Source of the DNA: Promethearchaeota archaeon Loki_b31
GTDB lineage: Archaea; Asgardarchaeota; Lokiarchaeia; Sigyniarchaeales; SOKP01
Length of the DNA: 64,000 bases
Direction of reading: 5' to 3'
Assembly: GCA_005222975.1 (NCBI GenBank)
Contig: NJBI01000001.1
Location: forward strand, 1 to 64,000
In this document: in pieces, positions 8,707 to 18,069 of the stretch
Position numbering within the stretch: position 1 is the stretch's first letter
Layout of the letters: each line of letters opens with the position of its first letter
Program-made: the position numbers and the translations under genes
Notes under the pieces: generated by a model
The model's database searches: none
Told to the model about the DNA's origin: nothing
Seen by the model: only the letters and a program-made list of their open reading frames with translations

Positions 8707-11700
8707 ATGAAAATTAAAACAAAAAAAGGAATATTATACTTAGGAGTTGCTTTTCTACTATGCCTTAACAGCATTTTTCCTTATATTCTCATTGAAAATA
8801 TCGTACTCGAAACGGATATTCAAGAAAAAAATCTACCAAGGCTTAGCAGTCAATATATTAATATAATTACTCCAGAAAATAAAACTTACATAGGAGGGAT
8901 GCAAGGTTATTATCCTGCAACATATGGCTTTGAGAATGAGACACTAGGGTCAGATCCAATTGAATGGTTAAGTATTCGTAGTGGAGGTACCGTTCGTATA
9001 GTTGAAGAAGTAGGAACCCATAAGAATGTTGCAAAAATACGGGATATAGATAATTCTGGCTATGTTTCTTTTCTCAATCAATTTGATTCCAATAAAGTAT
9101 CAGGAACAGTCGAATTCTGGGTAAGTACAAATGATACATCTAAAGCATTTTATATGAGGATCTTAGCATCCATTTCAGAAAGAGCCGTGATGATGAGAAT
9201 CGAAAATAATTATATTTATTGTCAAGATTCTACTACTTGGAGGGTCGTAAAATCAATTTCAAATAATAAATGGTACCATTTCAGTATTGAATTTGATTGC
9301 TCAACTGATACTTACAATTGTTGGATTGATGGGAATCTAGAAGCAGCAGATTATGGATTTAGAGACAGTGATATTAGTTCAGTTAGTAAGATACAGTTAT
9401 ATACCACCAATATTGAGGTAGATTATGAGATATATGTTGATGCTGTAGGATATTCTTGGGATATTAATTACAATATTGGAGATAATTTTTATGAAGGACT
9501 ATTGCTTAGTTTCACTAATAATACCAAGCTCGATTGGGTAGGTTATTCATTAGATGGTCAATCAACTAAAACTATTTATGGAAATACATCAATTCCAACA
9601 CCTAATGATGGATTACATAGTATTCAATTGTTTGGAAATGACTCATTGGGAACGGGATATCATTCAGATAAAAGATGGTTCAAAGTTGAAGCATTTTCAA
9701 ATAATTATATAGAAGACTTTACTACTACGACGTATATGGATGATCTTGCTACTAATTCTTCAGGATGGGGGTCTGGAGCCCTGAATTTACCGAACAAAAA
9801 TTTAACTGTTAATGTTTTTGAAGCGCCAAGTAATTGGAGATCAAGCAAAGTTCAGATGTCTGGAGATATAGTATACTCTGCTAATTATTATAGATTTGAA
9901 ATCCATGATATTAGTAATCCGAGCGAACCAATTCTACTTTCAGCGTATTCAGATGGTTGTTATGACTTCGTTATATCTGGAAACTATGCATACATAGCAG
10001 CTTATCGTCATGGATTAATAATATTGGATATTTCAGATAAAAGCAATCCTAGTCTTTTAGGCTCGTGTGATAACTATCAGACTCATTCGAGTATTACTGA
10101 TTTATATGCAACGACTATTGAGATTAAGGGGGCATATGCTTACATTTGGGATATGATACATGAATTAATAGTAATCAATATTGCTGATCCTAGTAACCCC
10201 TTTAAAGCCGGAGATTGGCTTGAGAGTGGTGGATTTTATGGGGAAAAAATGATAATTAAAGACAATTACCTTTATTTATTAACTGGAAATGTAATAATTT
10301 TTGATATAAGCAGCCCTACGAGCCCATCAGATGTGTATACTTATAATACAGGGACCTATTATGACACAGGAGTTATTTCTGGCAATTACTTATATTTACC
10401 TGGACAATATACTTTAGACATCTTAAATATTATTACCCCTACAGCTCCTGCTTTTGTAAGTTCCACAAGTACTGGAGTATCTGGCCCACAGAGTATCGCT
10501 TTCGATAATACTTTTGTCTATATAGGAGGTAATAGAATTGCATCACCCAATAATTACGGATTAGTTGAAATATACGATGTTTCTAATGTCGTAAATCCTC
10601 AATTTGAATATAGGTATATATCTCCGTGTGCAGATCCTTCTCATAGTTCAATGATCGATACAATTGACGTAATAAATGGATTTTCGTTTATGTATGATTA
10701 TAGAGGATATTATATCATCGCAGATTTCAATTTAATCGATCAATATGAAGCAATAGCTATTGGTCAATCGTCATCAATATATTCGGGAACATCCAATGTA
10801 TTATTGACACAACTATTACTTACAGTTTCTGAAGAATTACCCTCGGATACAGGAATTACTTATTACATTTCCGCAGATAACGGAACCCACTGGGAGCAAA
10901 TTATTCCAAATTCCGTTCATGCATTTGAATATCTAGGAAATCAACTAAAATGGAAAGCTGTATTAACAACTTCTCACTTATATAGAACGCCACAATTAAA
11001 TTCCTTAAGCATTGCATATTTACCATTATTAAATGGAACTATTTTATTATCACCATTGAATCATACCCATACAAATGATAACACTCCCTATTTTGAGTGG
11101 GAAGATATACCAGAAGCTACAGATTATATTATTCAATTGGATACCTCTACAACTTTTAATTCTGTTGATTATCGATATCAAAAGGTTAATAACAATTACT
11201 GGACAGCAAGTCCCTTTTTACAGGATAATACTTGGTATTGGAGAGTTGCTGGAATAGATTCAAAGAACGATGTAGGATTTTTCTCAGCTTATAATATACT
11301 TTATATTGATACACCTCCCGGGCAGTCAACTCTCATATCGCCAGAAAATAATAGATACATCGCTACAAGTAACCCTACATTCACATGGAGCGAAGCATAT
11401 AACGCTTTAAACTATACATTACAGCTAGATTCGTCCAATACATTTTCTTCAGGGGATCTTATAATATATAGCCAAATTCTATTAACAAGCTATTCACCAA
11501 CTTCACCTATCACTGACGGTATATGGTATTGGAGGATCCAAGCTTTCGATAATACAGGAAATAGCGGTCCTTATTCAGACGTTAATTTAATTATAATCGA
11601 TGCAACAATACCATCAATAGACCAACCAAATGATAAATCATATAAGGAAGGATCTACAGGTAATAGGATTGTCTGGAATTCTAATGATATTAATCCGGAT

Positions 11701-11979
11701 CGTTGTGAAGTAACCAGAGACGAAACAATTGTTAGGGATAACTCATGGGATGGAAATATTATCATTATTGATATAGATGAGTTATCTATTGGAACTTATA
11801 TCTATACCTGTACAGTTTACGATAAGGCAGGGAATTCAAATAGTGATATTGTGACTGTAACAGTTGAAGAAGCTGAAAATTTATTTGGACCGTTCATAAT
11901 TGCTTCCTTTATTGGTATAGTAATGGTTATTGGTATTGCAATGACTTTAATAATTAAAAAACGCCGTAAAATTGAATAA
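8707..11979 (+). CDS. Large multidomain cell-surface protein (LamG/ConA-like, LVIVD repeats, FN3/Ig-like domains, C-terminal TM anchor)
   Basis: Signal peptide; NNKWYHFSIEFD (LamG-like); ISGNYAYIA...GLIILDISDKSNP (LVIVD); two P(Y/T)FxW...YxxQLDxSxTF...WYWR units; anchor ends TLIIKKRRKIE. Confidence 0.88.
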   Translation: MKIKTKKGILYLGVAFLLCLNSIFPYILIENIVLETDIQEKNLPRLSSQYINIITPENKTYIGGMQGYYPATYGFENETLGSDPIEWLSIRSGGTVRIVEEVGTHKNVAKIRDIDNSGYVSFLNQFDSNKVSGTVEFWVSTNDTSKAFYMRILASISERAVMMRIENNYIYCQDSTTWRVVKSISNNKWYHFSIEFDCSTDTYNCWIDGNLEAADYGFRDSDISSVSKIQLYTTNIEVDYEIYVDAVGYSWDINYNIGDNFYEGLLLSFTNNTKLDWVGYSLDGQSTKTIYGNTSIPTPNDGLHSIQLFGNDSLGTGYHSDKRWFKVEAFSNNYIEDFTTTTYMDDLATNSSGWGSGALNLPNKNLTVNVFEAPSNWRSSKVQMSGDIVYSANYYRFEIHDISNPSEPILLSAYSDGCYDFVISGNYAYIAAYRHGLIILDISDKSNPSLLGSCDNYQTHSSITDLYATTIEIKGAYAYIWDMIHELIVINIADPSNPFKAGDWLESGGFYGEKMIIKDNYLYLLTGNVIIFDISSPTSPSDVYTYNTGTYYDTGVISGNYLYLPGQYTLDILNIITPTAPAFVSSTSTGVSGPQSIAFDNTFVYIGGNRIASPNNYGLVEIYDVSNVVNPQFEYRYISPCADPSHSSMIDTIDVINGFSFMYDYRGYYIIADFNLIDQYEAIAIGQSSSIYSGTSNVLLTQLLLTVSEELPSDTGITYYISADNGTHWEQIIPNSVHAFEYLGNQLKWKAVLTTSHLYRTPQLNSLSIAYLPLLNGTILLSPLNHTHTNDNTPYFEWEDIPEATDYIIQLDTSTTFNSVDYRYQKVNNNYWTASPFLQDNTWYWRVAGIDSKNDVGFFSAYNILYIDTPPGQSTLISPENNRYIATSNPTFTWSEAYNALNYTLQLDSSNTFSSGDLIIYSQILLTSYSPTSPITDGIWYWRIQAFDNTGNSGPYSDVNLIIIDATIPSIDQPNDKSYKEGSTGNRIVWNSNDINPDRCEVTRDETIVRDNSWDGNIIIIDIDELSIGTYIYTCTVYDKAGNSNSDIVTVTVEEAENLFGPFIIASFIGIVMVIGIAMTLIIKKRRKIE

Positions 11980-11989
11980 AAACAAAATT

Positions 11990-12003
11990 ATTTTTTTTTT
12001 TTT
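11990..12003 (+). terminator. Archaeal oligo-T terminator
   Basis: Run of 13 T just after the stop codon of 8707..11979. Confidence 0.6.
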
Positions 12004-12064
12004 AATTCACCCCTCTTAGTTCAATCGCAATGTTTTGAATTGTTAATAGGATTTCATTTTTTTT
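12002..12064. repeat. 63-bp direct repeat, right copy (partner 2619..2681)
   Basis: ttaattcacccctcttagttcaatcgcaatgttttgaattgttaataggatttcatttttttt; two C/T differences from the left copy. Confidence 0.92.
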
Positions 12065-12235
12065 TAAGTTCCATACTGGTTCAAATAATGTAGTATTTAG
12101 AGAATTATTTGGAAAATTATTAAGAGATGACAAAACATTTAAAAACTCAAATGGTACAATTAATATTAATAAAAAATCAATTATAATCTGATTTTTTAAT
12201 ACTTTATAAGAATTATAAGAAGAGGAAGAAAAAAA

Positions 12236-12424
12236 ATGGCTAAGGTAGAACCCCTATATGTAAAATCAAAAGTTCGAGAGTATATAAAAGCAAACGAATG
12301 TAACACAAGCTCAGGCGTGCTTGATGGAGATACCTTTAATGGCATAATAATAAAGATACTTGACAATGCCATTCGGCGTGCTAAAGCAAATGGAAGAAAA
12401 ACCGTTAAAGCACGAGATTTATAA
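12236..12424 (+). CDS. Histone-fold protein, alpha3-truncated (face-to-face/Bd0055-like) type
   Basis: 62 aa, SKVREYIK...NTS...AIRRAKANGRKTVKARDL; ends right after the RxTxxxxD motif with no full alpha3 helix. Confidence 0.88.
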   Translation: MAKVEPLYVKSKVREYIKANECNTSSGVLDGDTFNGIIIKILDNAIRRAKANGRKTVKARDL

Positions 12425-12717
12425 ACAAAATTATAATAAATTTCCACTTTTCTTTTTTTTATTATTCATTGATGTCTATGTTAATACATTTAAAAAATTA
12501 GGATTTTAACGAATATTAGATTATTTTCCATTATAATCGGAATTAGAGATTAATAAAGAATTTGGGAAGTCTCTCCCTCGAATCTTGCAGTGCTTATGAT
12601 TTCCAAAATAAAAAAATAGGTGCAACGAGAATTTTAAGTTCTACTTCCTTTGATACTAAGTATATTTAAAACCATAAGATGTGTTGAGATGGAACTAATT
12701 GTAAAAGAAGAAAATAT

Positions 12718-15700
12718 TTAAAATATTTTAGATTTGCCTAATTCATCCCATCCAATTATTATGCGATTTGGAAATTGTTCTGCGACATCATCTAAATGAG
12801 TTATTAGGATAATTTTTTTAAATAATGATTTGAGTTCAAAAATCTTTTCTACGAATCTCTGTCTTGAAGTTTCTGTATCTAAGGTACCAATATCTCCCTC
12901 ATCAATAAATAAAGTATCCGATTTTCGAAAAACCGCCCCAGTAGTATCTGGAATTTCCGCTATTCGCTCCATTATAGCAAATCTTATGGCAGCATTAATT
13001 TGAGTTTTTTCACCTCCCGAAAAGCTGGATGCCTCCCTTTCTCGTTCTCCATCAAATACATATATTTCAAACCCTATATTTTTTCCACTTAAAGATTTGA
13101 AAATAATTTGATTATATTTTCCCTCTGTAAGATCACTTAGAATTTCTGAAGCTTTGATTGAGATAGCTGGAAGTATTTTTTCTATAGCAAACTTAGCAAC
13201 TCCATTAAGATGAAATACATCCTTTCGTAAAATTGTATATTTTTCAATATTATTTTTAACTTGTTCTATTTCTTTCTGAATTTGTTTGATCTTTATTTTG
13301 AATTCTTTTATTCGATTAATTTCTTTTTTAATAAATCCGATTTCCCCTTTCAAACCTTGTAATAATTCATTTATCTCATTTAAGTCCTGTTGTTTTTTTT
13401 CAAACTTTCGTGCAACTTCTAAATATTCTTCATAAGAAGGTTTTAGTCTTTTTAGCTCTTCCTCTAATTTTTCTAATTTCTCTTTCAGGTTAAAAATATC
13501 TTTTTCGCTTTTTCTAATTAAGGGAGCATAATCCTTTATTTCTTTTAATCTTCTTTCTAACTCTTCTCTCTCTTCTTCTTGTCTTTTGAGCTCCTCTAAC
13601 TTTTTAGTAATAATTGATAATTGCTCCTCAAAATTTTCGATTAATCTTTGTTTAACGAGACTTGCATTTAATTTTTTAACTTTTTTTTCTACTTCTCCTA
13701 ATTCCTCTGTCTTTTTCTTCTCAATTTTTTTTAATTTTTCTTGTAATATTCGGTAATCTATCTTGATTTCATCTGCAATGAAAACATCTTTTGTTATTTT
13801 CTTTTGTTTAGGTCTAATTACCTGCAATTCTATTTGAGTTTTTTCTTCTGTAGCGATAAATTCTTTTATGCGTTTATCGTCCTTATATTCTTTAGCCATA
13901 GGTAGTTCAATTTTTTGCAGCCTGTAAAGTCTTTCTGTTAACATACCATCCTCTTTTAAAGTATTAAACGCTTCGTCTTTACTTATATCAACATCTAAGT
14001 CGGAAAGTCGGGATTCCCTTTTTTGAATTTGATCAATCAACATCTCTAATTGCTCATCATATTGCTTTTCTATACGATCTAGCATTTTTTGAGTACTCTC
14101 TATTTCAGATTGTATTAACTCTTTCTCATGTATTTTTTTATTAACGATCTCTTTTCGTTTTTCTAAATCTTCTTTCTCGTTTCTAATATCGTGAAATTTT
14201 TCTAACTTTTTTTGGAGATTTTCGAATTTATTTTGCTGGATTTTAGACATTTTAAGTTCTTCCTCATTCTTACCAACATCAATCTCTAACTCATCGATAG
14301 ATTTCTTAGTATTAGAGTAGTTAAAAGCTTCAATTTGCAATCTTTCCGTTTCTTCTTTTAATTTTTGCACTTCTTTTGAAATAATTGTTTTTTCTTTTTC
14401 TTGTTGCAGAACTTCTTCATTTTTTAGTTTTAAATTTTTTATATACTGAGGCAATTCTTCAATTAATACTCCTAATTCGTCAGTCTTTCCTTCAAAAAAC
14501 TTTTGATTCTCTACGAGATCCATTATTACAGTTTTTAAATTTTTCTCAACCTCTTGAAAAATCTTCAACTTAAACAATTTTATAAGCCTCTTATGTCTTT
14601 TAGAAGAGTCAAGAGATGAAAATATCTGTAATTCTTGCTGTCTTATAAAAAAGGAAGATGTGAATCCTTCGTAATCGTAACCTATAATCCCCTCTAATTT
14701 TTCCTCTTTTTCTGGAATTTTCAGACCAGTATATAATGGCTCATTCTCAAATTTTAGCTCTAGTTTAGGCGAAGTTTGCCTTCTTTTTACAACTAATAGT
14801 TGATCTCCAATTAAAAGTTCAAGATTTACGTATCCTTTATCGTATAATATTTCATCAAGAGTAAGTCCTACATCTCTACGAGAATTTCTTTTAAAAAGAG
14901 CAAATGTAATAGCATCTAATATTGAAGACTTTCCTGAACCTGTAGGACCTTTTATAACATATAAACCATCTTCAAAAACAATTTTATTTGGTCCTTTTCC
15001 GTAGTTAATAAAATTTTGCATATCAATAGATCTTATTGATAAAGAACCTTTAGTAGTTAAATCAACTAAGGAAATCTCCTTTGCAAGTAATTCTAAACCA
15101 ATACTTTTCAGTTCTCCGTAATATTTATGAGTTGAATATTTCTGCTCGAGAAAATCTTTAAATAAGCTTCTTGGATCTAAATTAACCTTCCGAAGCTTTT
15201 GAAGCTCAAGACCAATTTTTTCTTTATAGTTCAAATTAGTATAAAAAGAATCTTTAAAATACTGTTGTAGCTGATTTTTATTAATTTTTACTTCCATTCC
15301 TTTAGAACAATAAATTGCGATTTCACATATGGATTCTTTAACGCTTTCTTTTTCTGGTAGAGCTTCTAAAATAAATCGATTTAGATCTTCTGTATCATTT
15401 GGAATTTCTATATTTAGTTTTATAAGATTTCTACATTCTATTTCTCTAAATTCTAAATCGTCGTTCTCAATATCATAAACGCAGTAAAACTTTTTTGAAT
15501 CTCTTTCCCCCATATCAAGCCTATCAATTGACCCTGGAATTATAATTCGATCGTCGTTCCACATTTTTTGTTTTAAATGTACATGTCCAAAAATAACGAG
15601 ATCAAATTTATCTTTTTGAATCATTTGTTTATTAAATCGAAATTCCCCGTAAATCGTTCTAGGATTATTCGTTTCTCGAATTTTGGCCCCATCCAAATAA

Positions 15701-16320
15701 TAATGTCCAATTAGAATTCTTTTTTGACAATCTTTTAGTTTAGTCTTGCATATCTGTGCAATATAATTTTGAAAAATGTGTTGAGCAATTATGTAATTAT
15801 TCTGATTTTCAAGAATTTCTTTTTCTATAAAGCCCTCATTTTTAGCCATCTTTACTAAAACATCAAAATGGATATAGGGTAGAAAAATAATGCCAGCCTT
15901 CTTCTCATTAATTTCAATTATTAGATGTTTTAGACCTGTGTACACGTTAACATTAGAAAAGTTTGCTAATTCTTGAACATCCGCCCCTCTCTTAGGATTC
16001 CTTATAGAATCGTGATTACCGCCAATAATAATTGTTTTTATCTGGTGTTCATTTAAAGGTATGAAGATTTTTTCACGCACGATTTTTCTGATAGTAGGAG
16101 AAATCATCTGCCTTTCGTATAAATCTCCTAGAAAGATCACATAATCTGCTTTTTCTTCTATAGCTGCATTAACAATTTTTTCGCAATTGTTAATTACATC
16201 AAAATTTCTTTCTGAAATACTTAACTCATAATTTTTGCGATAAGAATACGGTTTTCCAAAATGAGTATCCCCTATGAAAAATATCTTTGTAATGATCCCT
16301 TCACCTGTTTTTATCTTCAA
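12718..16320 (-). CDS. mre11-rad50: Fused Mre11 nuclease - Rad50 ABC ATPase
   Basis: N-terminal GDTHFG, GDLYE, GGNHD, GHVH phosphoesterase motifs. From aa ~428: IRSIDMQNF, GPTGSGKS, coiled coil, FSGGE, FIDEG, ITH. One continuous frame, TTG start. Confidence 0.95.
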   Translation of the reverse strand: MKIKTGEGIITKIFFIGDTHFGKPYSYRKNYELSISERNFDVINNCEKIVNAAIEEKADYVIFLGDLYERQMISPTIRKIVREKIFIPLNEHQIKTIIIGGNHDSIRNPKRGADVQELANFSNVNVYTGLKHLIIEINEKKAGIIFLPYIHFDVLVKMAKNEGFIEKEILENQNNYIIAQHIFQNYIAQICKTKLKDCQKRILIGHYYLDGAKIRETNNPRTIYGEFRFNKQMIQKDKFDLVIFGHVHLKQKMWNDDRIIIPGSIDRLDMGERDSKKFYCVYDIENDDLEFREIECRNLIKLNIEIPNDTEDLNRFILEALPEKESVKESICEIAIYCSKGMEVKINKNQLQQYFKDSFYTNLNYKEKIGLELQKLRKVNLDPRSLFKDFLEQKYSTHKYYGELKSIGLELLAKEISLVDLTTKGSLSIRSIDMQNFINYGKGPNKIVFEDGLYVIKGPTGSGKSSILDAITFALFKRNSRRDVGLTLDEILYDKGYVNLELLIGDQLLVVKRRQTSPKLELKFENEPLYTGLKIPEKEEKLEGIIGYDYEGFTSSFFIRQQELQIFSSLDSSKRHKRLIKLFKLKIFQEVEKNLKTVIMDLVENQKFFEGKTDELGVLIEELPQYIKNLKLKNEEVLQQEKEKTIISKEVQKLKEETERLQIEAFNYSNTKKSIDELEIDVGKNEEELKMSKIQQNKFENLQKKLEKFHDIRNEKEDLEKRKEIVNKKIHEKELIQSEIESTQKMLDRIEKQYDEQLEMLIDQIQKRESRLSDLDVDISKDEAFNTLKEDGMLTERLYRLQKIELPMAKEYKDDKRIKEFIATEEKTQIELQVIRPKQKKITKDVFIADEIKIDYRILQEKLKKIEKKKTEELGEVEKKVKKLNASLVKQRLIENFEEQLSIITKKLEELKRQEEEREELERRLKEIKDYAPLIRKSEKDIFNLKEKLEKLEEELKRLKPSYEEYLEVARKFEKKQQDLNEINELLQGLKGEIGFIKKEINRIKEFKIKIKQIQKEIEQVKNNIEKYTILRKDVFHLNGVAKFAIEKILPAISIKASEILSDLTEGKYNQIIFKSLSGKNIGFEIYVFDGEREREASSFSGGEKTQINAAIRFAIMERIAEIPDTTGAVFRKSDTLFIDEGDIGTLDTETSRQRFVEKIFELKSLFKKIILITHLDDVAEQFPNRIIIGWDELGKSKIF

Positions 16321-16350
16321 TATTACTATTTTAAGGAAAAACTGAATTCA

Positions 16351-18027
16351 TTAATTCTCTTCTAATTTAGTTAAATCAGCTTTTTCCAGAGCTTTAAGCG
16401 TTTCTGCAAGAGGTTTTCCAATCCCTAACTTCTCTTTTAGTTCTTTTTCGTTTTTATAGTCAAAGACATCGATAATAGTAGGGACTGCGACAGCGTCTCC
16501 TCGGATAAGACATTGTTTCTTTTGTAGCCCTGAGATAATTCCGCGCCATTTCTTTGAATCAGGGAATGTTTTAACAACCCGTTTAATATCCTTGTCGTCA
16601 ATCATATGCATTACAAATGTATTTGCTATTTGTGAATATACCTCTTCATCAATTTGAGAAGGCCTCTGGTCGACAAATGCTAAAGTTAATTGAAACTTCC
16701 TCATTTCCCGAGCAATTCGACCGAATATAGTATGCTGGATCACTCCTGATTTTAAGAATTTATGAGCTTCTTCTACGACTACTATTAAAGGAGGTAATTT
16801 CGTGTCGTCTTCTTTTTGAGAATACATGTTATATAATCTACGAGTAATCATATTTGCTATGAACATATATAGATGAGTATTAGTTCCGTATTTTCCAAAA
16901 TCAACTACGATCGACTTTCCCTCAAGTAATCTGATAAAAATATTTTCTAAACTATCTTCCCTTTTACTCTCACCACGTTCTTTTAAAAAGTCATACCTTT
17001 TAAATCGGATAATTCTGTTTCTTAAAGCACCCAAAGAGAAGGAATTGATCTGATTGTGTTCTCCAGCATCAATCTTATCAATTGCATCAAATAAATCCTT
17101 AAATTCTTCAGGATTATTCTTTATATAACCTTCAATATACATTAATACATTAATACTCGGTTCATTTAATGTCTGGGTGCTAGCGATAATATCCCCTGAA
17201 GTTATGCTATCCTTATATATGAAAAATTGCTCTGCCCCATCAGTCGTTGTACGTTTCTTATCCAATTCACCAAGACGATAAATTTGTATTTTCTCTCGAT
17301 AATACCATGCTAACCCTTTTGTTTTGTCTGCGCGGGAAACTAATCCATATTCACCTTGCATATCAAATAAGATTAATTGAGAGATTTGATGCTTCAAAAT
17401 AAAAAGACATATTATTTTATTCAAAATGGATTTTCCAATTCCAGTTCTTCCAAATAGTCCGTATGGTTTCTTTACCAACTGAGCAAAATCAATAGGAACT
17501 TCATGTTCAAAACCTCTTAATGTACCAATTGAATCAGAATATTCTGAAGTTTTATAGATTAGATCAATCTCTTCTTTTGTTACTTCACGCCCATTCGAAA
17601 ATATCGGAGGAATCGTATCAAATCCCCGTATGAGCTCTTGAAATTCTATTTCTTCTAAACTTTTTTTAGGTAATATTCTAAGACAACTTAAATCAGCAAG
17701 ACCGTAAAATTCTTTCCCTCTTACACCCTCTATTTGGCTTGGGGGAAGCAAATCAATAAACGGAGAGTTTGCAAATCTCTCCGCAATAGAATTTCGAGTA
17801 CTGAAATATAAACGATTTATTAAGGTATAATATATAAGATTATCAGTTTCAATAACTAATGGTTGCCCTAATCTTAAACTATCGGGTCGATGTTGTATTT
17901 TTAAAGTTATTACGCTATCAGGTGGTCCTGTGTCTGCATAACACACTTCTCCAATTTTACCGATCTGTACTGGTTTTTCTAAATTTTCTAATTCTATTTC
18001 AATTTCTTTATTTCCTTTTTCTGACAT
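16351..18027 (-). CDS. herA: HerA DNA helicase/translocase
   Basis: HAS-barrel-like N-terminus, GRTGIGKS, FDMQGEY, VEEAHKF, REMRKF, DQRPS; lies between nurA and mre11-rad50. Confidence 0.93.
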   Translation of the reverse strand: MSEKGNKEIEIELENLEKPVQIGKIGEVCYADTGPPDSVITLKIQHRPDSLRLGQPLVIETDNLIYYTLINRLYFSTRNSIAERFANSPFIDLLPPSQIEGVRGKEFYGLADLSCLRILPKKSLEEIEFQELIRGFDTIPPIFSNGREVTKEEIDLIYKTSEYSDSIGTLRGFEHEVPIDFAQLVKKPYGLFGRTGIGKSILNKIICLFILKHQISQLILFDMQGEYGLVSRADKTKGLAWYYREKIQIYRLGELDKKRTTTDGAEQFFIYKDSITSGDIIASTQTLNEPSINVLMYIEGYIKNNPEEFKDLFDAIDKIDAGEHNQINSFSLGALRNRIIRFKRYDFLKERGESKREDSLENIFIRLLEGKSIVVDFGKYGTNTHLYMFIANMITRRLYNMYSQKEDDTKLPPLIVVVEEAHKFLKSGVIQHTIFGRIAREMRKFQLTLAFVDQRPSQIDEEVYSQIANTFVMHMIDDKDIKRVVKTFPDSKKWRGIISGLQKKQCLIRGDAVAVPTIIDVFDYKNEKELKEKLGIGKPLAETLKALEKADLTKLEEN

Positions 18028-18069
18028 TTAATTTTGACCTTTTTATTTTTTTATATAGGAAAAATTGAA

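Larger units (their letters stand above)
2619..12064. mobile_element. Putative genomic island bounded by 63-bp direct repeats (no integrase inside)
   Basis: Direct repeats flank accessory sensor, regulator and surface-protein genes between the core genes alba and histone. Mobility is inferred. Confidence 0.55.

Noticed and set aside
12196-12447. 83-aa minus-strand ORF
   Set aside because: Antisense shadow of the histone gene.
12560-12610. Possible stem-loop between histone and mre11-rad50 ends
   Set aside because: Weak, bulged pairing in AT-rich DNA; no recognisable RNA family.
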